From Aestuariivirga sp. (GTDB taxonomy: Bacteria > Pseudomonadota > Alphaproteobacteria > Rhizobiales > Aestuariivirgaceae): DNA of 61,867 nt. The position numbers and the translations under genes are program-made. The stretch covers positions 1 through 61,867 of the forward strand of contig JBIIGF010000001.1 of assembly GCA_044236665.1 (NCBI GenBank), in the 5' to 3' direction. Below the pieces are notes generated by a model that was not told the origin of the DNA, made no database searches, and saw only the letters and a list, made by a program, of their open reading frames with translations. Below, in pieces: positions 45,320 to 55,045 of the stretch (positions are counted from its first letter, which is position 1; the number at the start of each line of letters is the position of its first letter).

Positions 45320-46174
45320 ATGAGCCTGCTGACCGTAGATCAACTGCGCGCAATGATCCCGACCAACAAGGAGATCGCCGCTTGGTGTGATGAGCTGAAC
45401 AAGGCGTTGCCGAAGTACGACATCACCACCGATCAGCGGATCGCAGGCTTCATCTCTCAGTGCGCCCATGAGAGCATGGACTTCAACGCCCTGTCCGAAA
45501 ACCTGAATTACCGCGAGGAGACGCTGAACAAGGTCTTCCCGCGCTACTTCGGACCCGGCAAGCGCAACGCTGCCGAGTACGCCCGCAATCCCGAGAAGAT
45601 CGCCAACTACGTCTACATGGACGAGTTTCGTGGCTCCAAGCTGGGCAACGTGCAGCCGGGTGACGGCTGGCGCTTTCGTGGTCGTGGCCTGAAGCAGCTG
45701 ACCGGTCGTGACAACTACACCCGCTTTGCCAAAGATTACGACATGACCGCCGAGGAGGCCGCCGAGTGGCTGGAGACCAAAGAGGGTGCTTTGGCGTCGG
45801 CCCTGTGGTTCTGGAACACCAACAAGCTGAACGCCATTGCCGACACCGGCAACGTGGCCGCACTGACCAAGAAAATCAATGGTGGCGACATCGGCTTGGC
45901 AGACCGTCAGGCGCGCTACGCGCGGGCTATGGCCGCACTGGGTGGCAAGGTCTCTGCACCGCCCCCTGCCGCCTCTGCTCCCCCCTCTGGCGGCATCCTG
46001 CGCCGTGGCTCCAAGGGCGACGACGTCAAGAAGATGCAGGCCAAGCTGGGTCTGGCAGCCGACGGCGATTTTGGCCCCGGCACCGAGGCTGCCCTGAAGA
46101 AATGGCAGGCGGCCAACGGCCTGACCGCCGACGGCGTGGCTGGTCCTAAGACATTGGCTAAACTCCTCGGTTGA
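45320..46174 (+). CDS. Endolysin, GH19 family, with a C-terminal peptidoglycan-binding domain
   Basis: 'FISQCAHES', 'DGWRFRGRGLKQLTGRDNY', 'TKKINGG'; 'LRRGSKGDDVKKMQ..DGDFGPGT..DGVAGPKT'. Confidence 0.9.
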   Translation: MSLLTVDQLRAMIPTNKEIAAWCDELNKALPKYDITTDQRIAGFISQCAHESMDFNALSENLNYREETLNKVFPRYFGPGKRNAAEYARNPEKIANYVYMDEFRGSKLGNVQPGDGWRFRGRGLKQLTGRDNYTRFAKDYDMTAEEAAEWLETKEGALASALWFWNTNKLNAIADTGNVAALTKKINGGDIGLADRQARYARAMAALGGKVSAPPPAASAPPSGGILRRGSKGDDVKKMQAKLGLAADGDFGPGTEAALKKWQAANGLTADGVAGPKTLAKLLG

Positions 46175-46206
46175 TGTAAGGTAGGCCCAAACCTAGAGGT
46201 GGCGCT

Positions 46207-46956
46207 ATGCCCGGACTGAACTATAGCCAGTATGTGACGCAGATCGCCGAGATGGCTGTCGTCGATCCTACCGACGCAAACTTCCTGACGATCCTGCCAT
46301 CGATGATCGACTATGCCGAGCTTCGCATGTATCGCGATCTCGACTTCATGTTCACGTCGACCTCTATCCACAGCCCCTCCATCGGCCTGACCGCTGGAAA
46401 CCGGAACCTGAGCTTCCCCATGACCCTGCCGGACAACTCCGGCACCATCGTGGTAACCGAGCAGCTGAACCTGATCCTGCCTGTCGGGAACGACAATCCG
46501 GACGACCCTACCGCTACCAGAGTGACCCTCCTGCCGACCACCAAGGAATTCTTGGACGCGGTCTACGGATCGAGCGCAGCGGCAAACCGGGGTCAGCCCA
46601 AGTACTTTGCACCCTTCAACGAGAACCTGTTCTTTGTCGGCCCCGTGCCCGACGCATCCTACAGGGTCGAGGTGGTGGCAACGTACAGACCGAACAGCCT
46701 GTCGGCATCGAACACCACCACGTTCATCAGCCAGTACTTCCCCGACCTCTTCATCATGGCCTCCATGGTGTACATCTCGGCGTACCAGCGGAACTTCGGT
46801 CGGCAGTCGGATGATCCGCAGATGGCGCAATCGTACGAAAGCCAGTACATGACGCTCCTGAGGAGTGCCTCGGTCGAGGAAGCCCGGAAGAAGTTCGAGG
46901 GCCCCGGCTGGACGTCGCAGTCGCCGTCGCCGATCTCCTCTCCGACGCGGGGGTAA
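46207..46956 (+). CDS. Tail adaptor / tubular protein A-like
   Basis: 'AELRMYRDL', 'GQPKYFA', 'GPVPD..Y.VE', 'PDLF'; directly before the nozzle gene. Confidence 0.65.
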   Translation: MPGLNYSQYVTQIAEMAVVDPTDANFLTILPSMIDYAELRMYRDLDFMFTSTSIHSPSIGLTAGNRNLSFPMTLPDNSGTIVVTEQLNLILPVGNDNPDDPTATRVTLLPTTKEFLDAVYGSSAAANRGQPKYFAPFNENLFFVGPVPDASYRVEVVATYRPNSLSASNTTTFISQYFPDLFIMASMVYISAYQRNFGRQSDDPQMAQSYESQYMTLLRSASVEEARKKFEGPGWTSQSPSPISSPTRG

Positions 46957-46959
46957 ACC

Positions 46960-49236
46960 ATGCCCCACGCATCCCTGAAGCTCATCCCCGGCGTCGACCA
47001 GAACCGCACCCCGGCTCTAAACGAGGCCGCTATCTCGGAAAGCAACCTGATCCGGTTCGTGCCGGATCGAAACGGCATGGCTTTGCCCCAGAAGATCGGT
47101 GGCTGGGAGCGTTATTACAGCCAGCCCATGACGGCTGTGGTGCGGGCCTTGTGGGCTTGGGCAGACACAAACGACAACAGCTATCTGGCGGTTGGCTCAG
47201 AAGACGGGGTCTACGACATTGAGAATGGGCAGCTGAGCAACCGCTCGCCTCAGGAGTATGTCGCCAGCCCGGCCATGTCGTTCAATACGACGATCAACAC
47301 TGACGAAGTCGAGATCGACGACACAGGTTCGAACATCACGAACTACGACAGCATATTCCTGTCTACGCACGTCTCCATCGGGGGTCTGGTGCTGTTCGGG
47401 TACTACGCCTGTGAAGGCTCGACCGCCAACCGGTACTCGATCTTTGCCACAAACATCATCGGCGCTCCGATCAACGCGACCAGCACTGTCGCTGCCGGTG
47501 GTGCCACCGCCACTTTGACAACGGTAAACGGCTCCCCTTCGGTGACCGTCACTTTAGCCAATCACAATTTCCCGGTCGGCTCCACGTTCCCAATCCTGAT
47601 CCCGACCACGGTCGGCGGCCTAACTCTTTTCGGAAACTACCTTATCCGGAGCGTGCCGACCACAAGCACCTTTGTCATAGTCGCGGAGAACAACGCTGGG
47701 TCTGCCGCTACGGTCTCTATCAATGGTGGTAGGCCGGAGATCACCTATTATGTCGGGCAGAGCACCTTGCCGCCCTCCGTGGGCTTTGGTGGTGGTGGCT
47801 TTGGTTCGGGCGGCTTTGGTACAGGCACCACGGCAACTGGGACAAGATCGTTTGCCACGACCAACGCAACGTGCGTCGGAACGCTCGCGACCGTATCGTT
47901 CTCTGGCCGTTACGACATCCCGGTCGGCTCCCAAATTACCATAACGGGGGTTACGCCTTCGGGCTACAACGGAAGCTGGATCACGACAGCGAAGACCGTA
48001 GGTGCGACATCCACGGTTAGCTTCATTGTTCCATCCACCCTCGGCAACCAGACCGTCTCCGGCACAATGGTGGTCAACAGGTTCGGGTTCGTCGGGGCGA
48101 CAGACTGGTCTTTGGACAACTGGGGTGAGCTTCTGATCTCGAACCCGAAAAACGGCGAGATTTTCTATTGGAGCCCAACTGACGGTGGTCAGTCGTCCAC
48201 GATTGTCCCGAACGCCCCCAAGGTAAACGAGGGTTGCTTCGTGGCGATGCCCGAGAGGCAGATCATCGCGTACGGCTCCACCTTCAACGGCATCAAAGAC
48301 CCCTTGCTGGTGCGTTGGTGCGACATCGGGAACTTCACGAGCTGGGTTGGCACCGTCACCAATCAGGCTGGCTCGTTCCGCATCCCCAAAGGCTCTCGCA
48401 TCGTCGGTGGCCTGCAGGGACCGCAACAGGGTCTTCTGTGGACGGACCTTGGTGTGTGGTCGATGCAGTATATCAATCTTCCGCTTGTGTGGTCCTTCAA
48501 CGAGGTTGGCACCGGCTGTGGCCTGATCGGTCAAAAGGCGGCGGCCACTCTCAGCGGAACGGTCTACTGGATGAGCCAGAGCCAGTTCTTCTCCCTTGGT
48601 GGCGGTGGTGTGCAACCCATTCCGTGCCCGATCTGGGATGTGATCTTCCAAGACTTCGACGACGCATACCCCGAGCGCATCATCTGCGCGACCAACGCCC
48701 GCTTTGGCGAGGTGGCGTGGTACTATCCGACCAATGGCTCTGGCGGCATCCCCACAAAGTACGTCAAGTACAACACCCTCATCGGCCAGTGGGACTTTGG
48801 AACCCTAACCAGAACGGCATGGATCGACCAATCGGTTCTCGGCTCCCCCATCGGCGCTGGCCAAGATCGCGTGATCTACCAGCACGAAGTCGGCGAGGAC
48901 GCTGACGGCTCCCCGATCAATGCCTACGTTCAGACCGGCTTCTTTTCGCTGCAAGAGGGCGACCTGAAGACGTTTGTCGATCAGGTCTGGCCCGACATGA
49001 AGTGGGGCCTATACGGTGGCGACCAGAGCGCGGAAGTGCGGCTCACGTTCTTGTATTGCGACTACCCCGGCCAGACACCCAAGACGTCTGTGCATGTCGT
49101 CACAGCTGGGAGCACCTATGTCACTCCGAGGATCAGGGGGCGACTGGTCGCGATCCGCATTGAGAGTGACGACATTGGCTCCTTCTGGCGGTTGGGAAAC
49201 ATTCGATACCGCTTCCAACCTGACGGGAAATTCTGA
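46960..49236 (+). CDS. Tail nozzle / head-stabilisation protein (tubular protein B / P22 gp10-like)
   Basis: Beta-rich 758 aa; 'WSLDNWGE.L', 'LLVRWCD', 'NQAGSFR', 'LLWTD', 'RTAWID', 'RIRGR'. Confidence 0.7.
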   Translation: MPHASLKLIPGVDQNRTPALNEAAISESNLIRFVPDRNGMALPQKIGGWERYYSQPMTAVVRALWAWADTNDNSYLAVGSEDGVYDIENGQLSNRSPQEYVASPAMSFNTTINTDEVEIDDTGSNITNYDSIFLSTHVSIGGLVLFGYYACEGSTANRYSIFATNIIGAPINATSTVAAGGATATLTTVNGSPSVTVTLANHNFPVGSTFPILIPTTVGGLTLFGNYLIRSVPTTSTFVIVAENNAGSAATVSINGGRPEITYYVGQSTLPPSVGFGGGGFGSGGFGTGTTATGTRSFATTNATCVGTLATVSFSGRYDIPVGSQITITGVTPSGYNGSWITTAKTVGATSTVSFIVPSTLGNQTVSGTMVVNRFGFVGATDWSLDNWGELLISNPKNGEIFYWSPTDGGQSSTIVPNAPKVNEGCFVAMPERQIIAYGSTFNGIKDPLLVRWCDIGNFTSWVGTVTNQAGSFRIPKGSRIVGGLQGPQQGLLWTDLGVWSMQYINLPLVWSFNEVGTGCGLIGQKAAATLSGTVYWMSQSQFFSLGGGGVQPIPCPIWDVIFQDFDDAYPERIICATNARFGEVAWYYPTNGSGGIPTKYVKYNTLIGQWDFGTLTRTAWIDQSVLGSPIGAGQDRVIYQHEVGEDADGSPINAYVQTGFFSLQEGDLKTFVDQVWPDMKWGLYGGDQSAEVRLTFLYCDYPGQTPKTSVHVVTAGSTYVTPRIRGRLVAIRIESDDIGSFWRLGNIRYRFQPDGKF

Positions 49237-49577
49237 TGGCATCACTTTCCGACATTCTGACAGCGACAAAAAACATCGTCACTGCCCTGAACCAGCTTGG
49301 CCAGACCTACCTTCAGGTCCAAGGCCTCAACGTGTACAGCAACATCACCACTCCGACTGTGATTAAGAACGGTCAGGGGCGCGTTGTCCGGGTCTCTGTC
49401 ATTGTTGCCGGTAGCGCTGATGGTGCGATTTATGATGCCGATGTTGCGACTGTTACGACCGACAAGCTCATCACAATTGAAAAAGTCATTGGTATCGTCG
49501 AGGTCAACATGCCGGTCAACAACGGCATCGTCGTGCATCCCGGCACTGGCCAAACCGTCACCATCAGTTACTCGTAA
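49236..49577 (+). CDS. Virion protein
   Basis: Coupled ORF, beta-rich. Confidence 0.65.
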   Translation: MASLSDILTATKNIVTALNQLGQTYLQVQGLNVYSNITTPTVIKNGQGRVVRVSVIVAGSADGAIYDADVATVTTDKLITIEKVIGIVEVNMPVNNGIVVHPGTGQTVTISYS

Positions 49578-49587
49578 GGAACAGACC

Positions 49588-50169
49588 ATGCCGCTGAAGC
49601 CCGGAAGCTCGCAGGAGACTATCTCCAAAAACATCTCCGAGATGGTCCGCTCTGGTCATCCGCAGGATCAGGCTGTTGCGGCGGCCTTGAGCACGGCTCG
49701 CGAGGGCATGAAGCGCGGTGGCGGGATCAAAACGCACAAGGGCCCAATCCACTCCGCAGTGGCTGGACGAACCGATCACCTGCCAATGCACGTTGCCTCT
49801 GGATCGTACGTTATCCCGGCTGACATCATCTCGGCCATGGGTGAGGGCAACTCGATGGCCGGGTTCAAGGTGGCAAAGAGCATCTTTTCCATGGCAGGGC
49901 CGTACGACAAGAGCGTGGGTGCCATGCCATATGGCGGCGGTGAGATGCCCTATGACCAGCCTGCACCCAAGCGCGCTGCCGGTGGTGAGGTTGACGCTGT
50001 GCCAATCGTTGCGGCTGGCGGAGAGTACGTTATCCCGCCCGAAGACGTCGAGCGCATCGGCAACGGCGACTTGGATCATGGGCACAAAGTCCTTGATGCC
50101 TTTGTGAAAAAAATGCGAAAAAAGACCATCAGAACCCTGCAATCACTGCCGGGACCCAAAAAGGACTAA
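49588..50169 (+). CDS. Protein with two GG...G[SE]YVIP units resembling tape-measure C-terminal motifs
   Basis: AAGGA RBS then ATG 49588; 'KRGGG...[18 protein letters not shown]' and '[23 protein letters not shown]'. Confidence 0.7.
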   Translation: MPLKPGSSQETISKNISEMVRSGHPQDQAVAAALSTAREGMKRGGGIKTHKGPIHSAVAGRTDHLPMHVASGSYVIPADIISAMGEGNSMAGFKVAKSIFSMAGPYDKSVGAMPYGGGEMPYDQPAPKRAAGGEVDAVPIVAAGGEYVIPPEDVERIGNGDLDHGHKVLDAFVKKMRKKTIRTLQSLPGPKKD

Positions 50170-50173
50170 ACTG

Positions 50174-50668
50174 ATGGATGACGTCGCGGTTCGCACTGGC
50201 ACAATTGAAGACTTTAACGCGATGATGGACTGGGCATTTTCTGCCACTCAGGAAAATGCATTTGTTTATCCCGACGTCGAAAAACTTGCCGGTGTTATTT
50301 GGGGCGCATTGTCGGTCAAGACGGGGATTTGCGGGATCATAGGGCCGGTTGGCGGCAAGGTTGAAGGGGCAGTCCTTCTCAGCATGGGCGAACTGTGGTA
50401 CAGCAAAGAAATAATTCTTGAGGAAAAAGTGATCTACGTTGACCCTGAATACCGCTCGGCGAAGGGTGGTAGGGCAAGAAAGCTCGCTGAATTCGCGAAG
50501 ATGACTGCAGACAAGCTCGGTGTTCCGTTGGCGATTGGTGTTCTTTCAAGTTCTCGGACGGAAGCAAAAATTCGGCTTTATGAGCGTGTATTTGGCTCAC
50601 CAGCTGGTGTATACTTCCTCTACGGTGCAAAAACTGGCCTCAATGAAGGGGCTGAAGGGGGCTCCTAA
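50174..50668 (+). CDS. GNAT-fold acetyltransferase-like protein
   Basis: 'VRTGTIEDF', 'IYVDPEYRSAKGGRARKL', 'IRLYER..G'. Confidence 0.65.
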   Translation: MDDVAVRTGTIEDFNAMMDWAFSATQENAFVYPDVEKLAGVIWGALSVKTGICGIIGPVGGKVEGAVLLSMGELWYSKEIILEEKVIYVDPEYRSAKGGRARKLAEFAKMTADKLGVPLAIGVLSSSRTEAKIRLYERVFGSPAGVYFLYGAKTGLNEGAEGGS

Positions 50669-53600
50669 TGGGCGGCAAAACTTCAACAACGACACAGCAG
50701 GTTACTGTCCCGCCGGAGGTTCTTGCCCGGTACAACGCGGTCAATGCGCGTGCTGAAAGTGTTGCAAACAGGCCATTCCAGATTTACTCCACGGACCCAT
50801 CCAAGTTCGTTGCGCAGCTGAACCAGCAGCAGCAGATGGGTATTGGGAATGTGAACGCCGCCGCAGGGGCTTACCAGCCGTACCTATCGGGTGCCACGGG
50901 AGCAACCATGGCCGGTATGGCGTCGGCCAACCCCGCTGATCTTGAGATCAGCAAATACATGAACCCGTTCCAGCAGGACGTCATCAACGCTACGATGGCT
51001 CGCATGCGTCAGGAACAGGAGCAGGCCCAGTCTGGCGCTCTCGGCACCGCCATCTCCTCTGGGGCCTTCGGCGGCGACCGGGCCGGTATTGCGGCTGCAA
51101 ACCTTGCCCAACAGCAGGGCATGGCGACCGGCGCGACCTTGGCTGGCCTGAACGCGCAGAACTATCAGCAGGCCCTGCAGACGGCCCAGCAACAGCAGGG
51201 CCTCGGTCTCGGCGCAGAACAAGCAAACCTTGCCCGCCTCCTCTCCGGTGGCCAGCAACTGGCAGGCCTTGGGCAGATGGCTCAGGGTCTTGGGCTTCAG
51301 GGTGCAGAGGCGCAGATCAACGCGGGCACCCTCGGTCAGCAGACCGAGCAGGCTGGCCTCAGCGCGCTTTACAATCAGTTCCAGCAGGAGCAGGCCTATC
51401 CGTTCCAAGTGGCCCAGTTCCTTGCGAACATCGCGGCCAGTACCGGGGCGTTGTCTGGATCGACCACGACCACCACACAGCCCGGCTCGTTCTGGTCGGA
51501 TCGCCGCCTGAAGCACGACATCAAGCGCATCGGCAAGACTGACGATGGCCTGCCGATCTACAGCTTCAAGTACAAGGGTGATGACAGCGAGCAGACCCAC
51601 GTCGGTTTCATGGCCGACGAGGTCGAGAAGGTTAATCCTGACGCGGTGAACACCGAACCGTCCGGCTACAAGTCGGTCGACTATGACCGAGCAACCAAGG
51701 CCGGTGGCGGTGGTGTTGCTGGTCCGTATGGCTCAAACGTTGGTTCTCAGCCGGGCGTCGGTGGCTATGTCCCGCAGGCCTACCTACCTGTCGGTGAGTT
51801 GATGATCGCTGACAGCTCTGGTCTCTCAAATGCGCGCATGTCTATGGCACAGCAACTTGAGGCCGCAGCCAAAATAGGCGAGAGCATCAAAAGCCTAGAC
51901 GAGGACTGGCAGTGGGCCAAGGATCGTTGGGGCAACCAAAAACGCGAGGGGAACCTTGCTGGTGCCGAGGAGGCGCGCGACGTAAGATATGCCTCTGGTG
52001 GCGTCGTCGGCTATGCTTCTGGTGGCCCAGCCTACCTTGAGGGCGGCCTCAAGCCCGCCCAGAACCCCGTTGAAAAGGAGGGCTACCTCTCCGACACGGT
52101 GAAGTCCCAAGAGGAAGGCAAGAAGAACCAGATCATGCAGCCGGGCTCCGCGCCGGGCCAGCAGGCAAGTGGCGCGTCCCAGCTTGGAAGCCTTTTGGGC
52201 GGCGCTGGTGCAGCAATGTCTGGTTTTGCAGCCATCGCTCCGCTCCTCGGCATCTCCGACCGCCGCATGAAGCACGACATCCGCAGGATCGGGAAAACCG
52301 ACGACGGGATGCCGATCTACAAGTTCAAGTACAAGGGTGACGACCGCGAACAGACGCACATCGGCTTCATGGCTGATGAGGTCGAGCGCAAGCATCCCGA
52401 CGCCGTGATGACCGGCTCTGACGGCATGAAGCGCGTTGACTACGGTCAGGCGGACAAGTTTTATCAGGGTGGTGTCGTTCGCCACGGGTATGCTACCGAT
52501 GGTACGGTTGAGGACGAAAGAACCGCTGGTGAGAGGGTTTCGGAGTTCACCTATCCCGCTCGCGATCTCCTGACGCGCCGACTGCCCTTGGGTGCGCTCG
52601 CCCTTGCTAACCGTATCACGGCGGGTGCCCAGAACCTAGCTGGGGTGGGCCTTGGTGCGGCTGGCGCGCCGGAAGCTGCCGATTACGCCTTCGGCGCAGG
52701 CTCTAACACGATGGAACGCGCCAGAGAGTTAAGCCGCAGAGCCGACGAACCCGCCCAGCCTTACCCCCAGCCGAGAGACCTGTCGGCGGCTGACATGCGC
52801 GCCTTGGAGCAGACCCCCGAAGAGGCGGCGGCTCTGGAAGCGCGCAGGAACATGACGATGGAGCCATCTCGGTCTGAGGGTGTTATACCCTCAGAATATG
52901 GACGCCTCTTGATGAACCCGGCGGGGTCTCTCCCTGTAGGGGTTGCCGACCCCATGCGCTTCGCCGCCGGTGATGCAAGAATGGGTGCCGAGGCATCCCC
53001 CATGCGTTTTGCCGCCGGTGATGCAAGAATGGGTGCGGAAGCCAGCCCCATGCGCTTCGCATCTGGTGATAGCCGCATGGGCCCCGGACTTGCACCCGCA
53101 TCGTCTATTCGTCCTCAGGCGCGCCCTGAAGGCCTTGGCGCTGCCTCCACCTCCATCTCTACCGCATCCCAGCCCGACGTGGCCGCTACGCAGCCCCCAG
53201 CAGCACCACAGCAGTTTGGCTTCACTGGTGTCGCCGGTGCCGGGAAAGGGTACACCGACGTCATCCTGCCCGACGGAACCGTGGAGCGTCGTGAGGGTGC
53301 GCGGAACTGGCGCAACAACAACCCCGGCAATATCGAGTTTGGTGATTTTGCCAAGGCCAATGGTGCTGTTGGTTCCGATGGGCGTTTTGCCGTGTTCCCC
53401 ACCTACGAGGCGGGCCGGGCGGCCAAGGAAGCCCTTCTGTTCTCGACCGACGGTTATGCCGGAAAGACCATTGCTGGCGCTCTTGAGCGGTACGCTCCGC
53501 GCGCAGACAACAACAATACTGACGCATACATCGCCACGGTGGCCAGCGCCCTTGGCGTCGACCCGAATACTCCGCTTGCGGAATTGAGCCCCGCTCAGCG

Positions 53601-55044
53601 GGACGCAATGCTGACGGCGATGGAGCGTGTTGAGGGCGGTGGTCCGGGCGGTGATGGCCAGTTTGTTTCCTACTCCACAACTCCCGGCGGCCTTGGCGGT
53701 GCAAGCTTGGCTCCTCCGGCAGATCAGAGAGGCCTTGGCGCTGGCATCCTGACCTCTGACAAGCCGTATGAGGATCGCACCACCCTCGGAAAGATGTTCT
53801 ACAACGAGGACGGGACGGTCAACCGCAACGCCTTGCTCTCTCTCGCATCCGGCGTTGGGGCTATGCTTTCGTCGCCCAGCCAGTTCTTCCTGCCGTCTGT
53901 AGGCCTCGGCCTGCAGGGCGCTGCCAGCACCTACGCTGGCCTTGAGAAGCAAGCGGCTGACATCGCGCTCACCAGAGAAGAAGCGCGCCGCACCAATATC
54001 GAGGCTGATAGAGGTCGCATCTACGAAGGCCAGAACGGCACGATGTTTATCAATCTAGGTGGCGGAATGCCCCCGATTGAACTCTGGCGCTATCTGGAGA
54101 ACCCCGCCGCCTATTCAACCGGCGACAGACAGCTTGATGCGCAAATCCTTCGCCAAGCACGGGAAATGTCGCAACGCGAGACGCCTGCCAGCGGTGTCTT
54201 CTCGGCCCCCGAGGTCCAGACCCTGCTTGACCGCGAAACTGCAAACTCGGAACGCAATCCGAATTCGGCCCGCGCCCAAAGCGATGCTATTGAAAGCGCA
54301 ACGAACGCTTCAGCGGCAGTGGCGCGTTCCGCAATTCCGTCAATCTTGACGCAGGCAGATGCTGTTGCCGCATTGACCAGTCCGGATGAGGAGGTGCGCT
54401 CCGGCGCATTGGGTCCGCTGAAGCAAACCGCCGCAAACTACTTGAACGACCTGTCTCAGACAATCAGCCAGATGACAGGTGTTCAGCTGCCGACCATCAC
54501 TGACCCCAACGGTGGTGACGCCGCCGCAAACGCGCAAATCATCCTCAAAGAGGCTGTAGCTTCTGGTATGCTGAACGCCAACGGCATCCAAGAGCTTCAG
54601 ACCATCATGGGTGCACAGCCGAACATGGCGCTCTCTGCCGAGGCAAACTCCGCGCTGATGGCAGGTCTGTTGGTATCGGGTCGCACCGAAATGCGCCGCG
54701 CTGACTTCATGCGGGACTACAAGCAACAACCGGGCAACACATACCGCACGGTGATTGACGCTGGTCAGGCTTTCCAAGAGGCATACGGCAATCAGATTTT
54801 GGCCGAAAAGGCTGTTCTGAAGGAACTGATTCACTACGGAAATCAACCCATGCCTCCCGAGTGGGCCACCATCCTTGGCGACTACAGGACGCCCATGGAA
54901 TTCCTCATGACGCCCGGCATCTCGCCGGAAGACAAGAACGAGTTCATCATGAAACTTCTCCCGGCACTTGGGGTAAACGAGATGGTCATCTCGGGTCTTC
55001 AGGGTCCGGAAGGCGTTTACATCGGCAACTACTTCGGAGGCTGA
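50668..55044 (+). CDS. Large ejection / DNA-transfer protein with two internal S74 chaperone domains and a lysozyme-like domain
   Basis: Gln/Ala/Gly-rich N-terminus ('MGGKTSTTTQ', 'YMNPFQ', 'GAFGGDR'); two 'SDRR[LM]KHDI.RIG' domains; 'RNNNPGNI...FAVF.T.EAG...RYAP..DNNNTDAY'. Confidence 0.75.
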   Translation: MGGKTSTTTQQVTVPPEVLARYNAVNARAESVANRPFQIYSTDPSKFVAQLNQQQQMGIGNVNAAAGAYQPYLSGATGATMAGMASANPADLEISKYMNPFQQDVINATMARMRQEQEQAQSGALGTAISSGAFGGDRAGIAAANLAQQQGMATGATLAGLNAQNYQQALQTAQQQQGLGLGAEQANLARLLSGGQQLAGLGQMAQGLGLQGAEAQINAGTLGQQTEQAGLSALYNQFQQEQAYPFQVAQFLANIAASTGALSGSTTTTTQPGSFWSDRRLKHDIKRIGKTDDGLPIYSFKYKGDDSEQTHVGFMADEVEKVNPDAVNTEPSGYKSVDYDRATKAGGGGVAGPYGSNVGSQPGVGGYVPQAYLPVGELMIADSSGLSNARMSMAQQLEAAAKIGESIKSLDEDWQWAKDRWGNQKREGNLAGAEEARDVRYASGGVVGYASGGPAYLEGGLKPAQNPVEKEGYLSDTVKSQEEGKKNQIMQPGSAPGQQASGASQLGSLLGGAGAAMSGFAAIAPLLGISDRRMKHDIRRIGKTDDGMPIYKFKYKGDDREQTHIGFMADEVERKHPDAVMTGSDGMKRVDYGQADKFYQGGVVRHGYATDGTVEDERTAGERVSEFTYPARDLLTRRLPLGALALANRITAGAQNLAGVGLGAAGAPEAADYAFGAGSNTMERARELSRRADEPAQPYPQPRDLSAADMRALEQTPEEAAALEARRNMTMEPSRSEGVIPSEYGRLLMNPAGSLPVGVADPMRFAAGDARMGAEASPMRFAAGDARMGAEASPMRFASGDSRMGPGLAPASSIRPQARPEGLGAASTSISTASQPDVAATQPPAAPQQFGFTGVAGAGKGYTDVILPDGTVERREGARNWRNNNPGNIEFGDFAKANGAVGSDGRFAVFPTYEAGRAAKEALLFSTDGYAGKTIAGALERYAPRADNNNTDAYIATVASALGVDPNTPLAELSPAQRDAMLTAMERVEGGGPGGDGQFVSYSTTPGGLGGASLAPPADQRGLGAGILTSDKPYEDRTTLGKMFYNEDGTVNRNALLSLASGVGAMLSSPSQFFLPSVGLGLQGAASTYAGLEKQAADIALTREEARRTNIEADRGRIYEGQNGTMFINLGGGMPPIELWRYLENPAAYSTGDRQLDAQILRQAREMSQRETPASGVFSAPEVQTLLDRETANSERNPNSARAQSDAIESATNASAAVARSAIPSILTQADAVAALTSPDEEVRSGALGPLKQTAANYLNDLSQTISQMTGVQLPTITDPNGGDAAANAQIILKEAVASGMLNANGIQELQTIMGAQPNMALSAEANSALMAGLLVSGRTEMRRADFMRDYKQQPGNTYRTVIDAGQAFQEAYGNQILAEKAVLKELIHYGNQPMPPEWATILGDYRTPMEFLMTPGISPEDKNEFIMKLLPALGVNEMVISGLQGPEGVYIGNYFGG
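52951..53085 (+). repeat. In-frame 48-bp tandem repeat, ~3 copies (PMRFAAGDARMGAEAS)
   Basis: Visible directly in both DNA and protein. Confidence 0.9.
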
Positions 55045-55045
55045 C

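Noticed and set aside
47782-47823. GFGGGGFGSGGFG in the nozzle gene as a GG tag
   Set aside because: It is a Gly/aromatic low-complexity loop with a different pattern, so it was not counted.
51496-52450. Duplicated segment as inteins or a DGR template/variable repeat pair
   Set aside because: No intein C/S...HN ends and no reverse transcriptase; both copies are in-frame S74-type coding domains.
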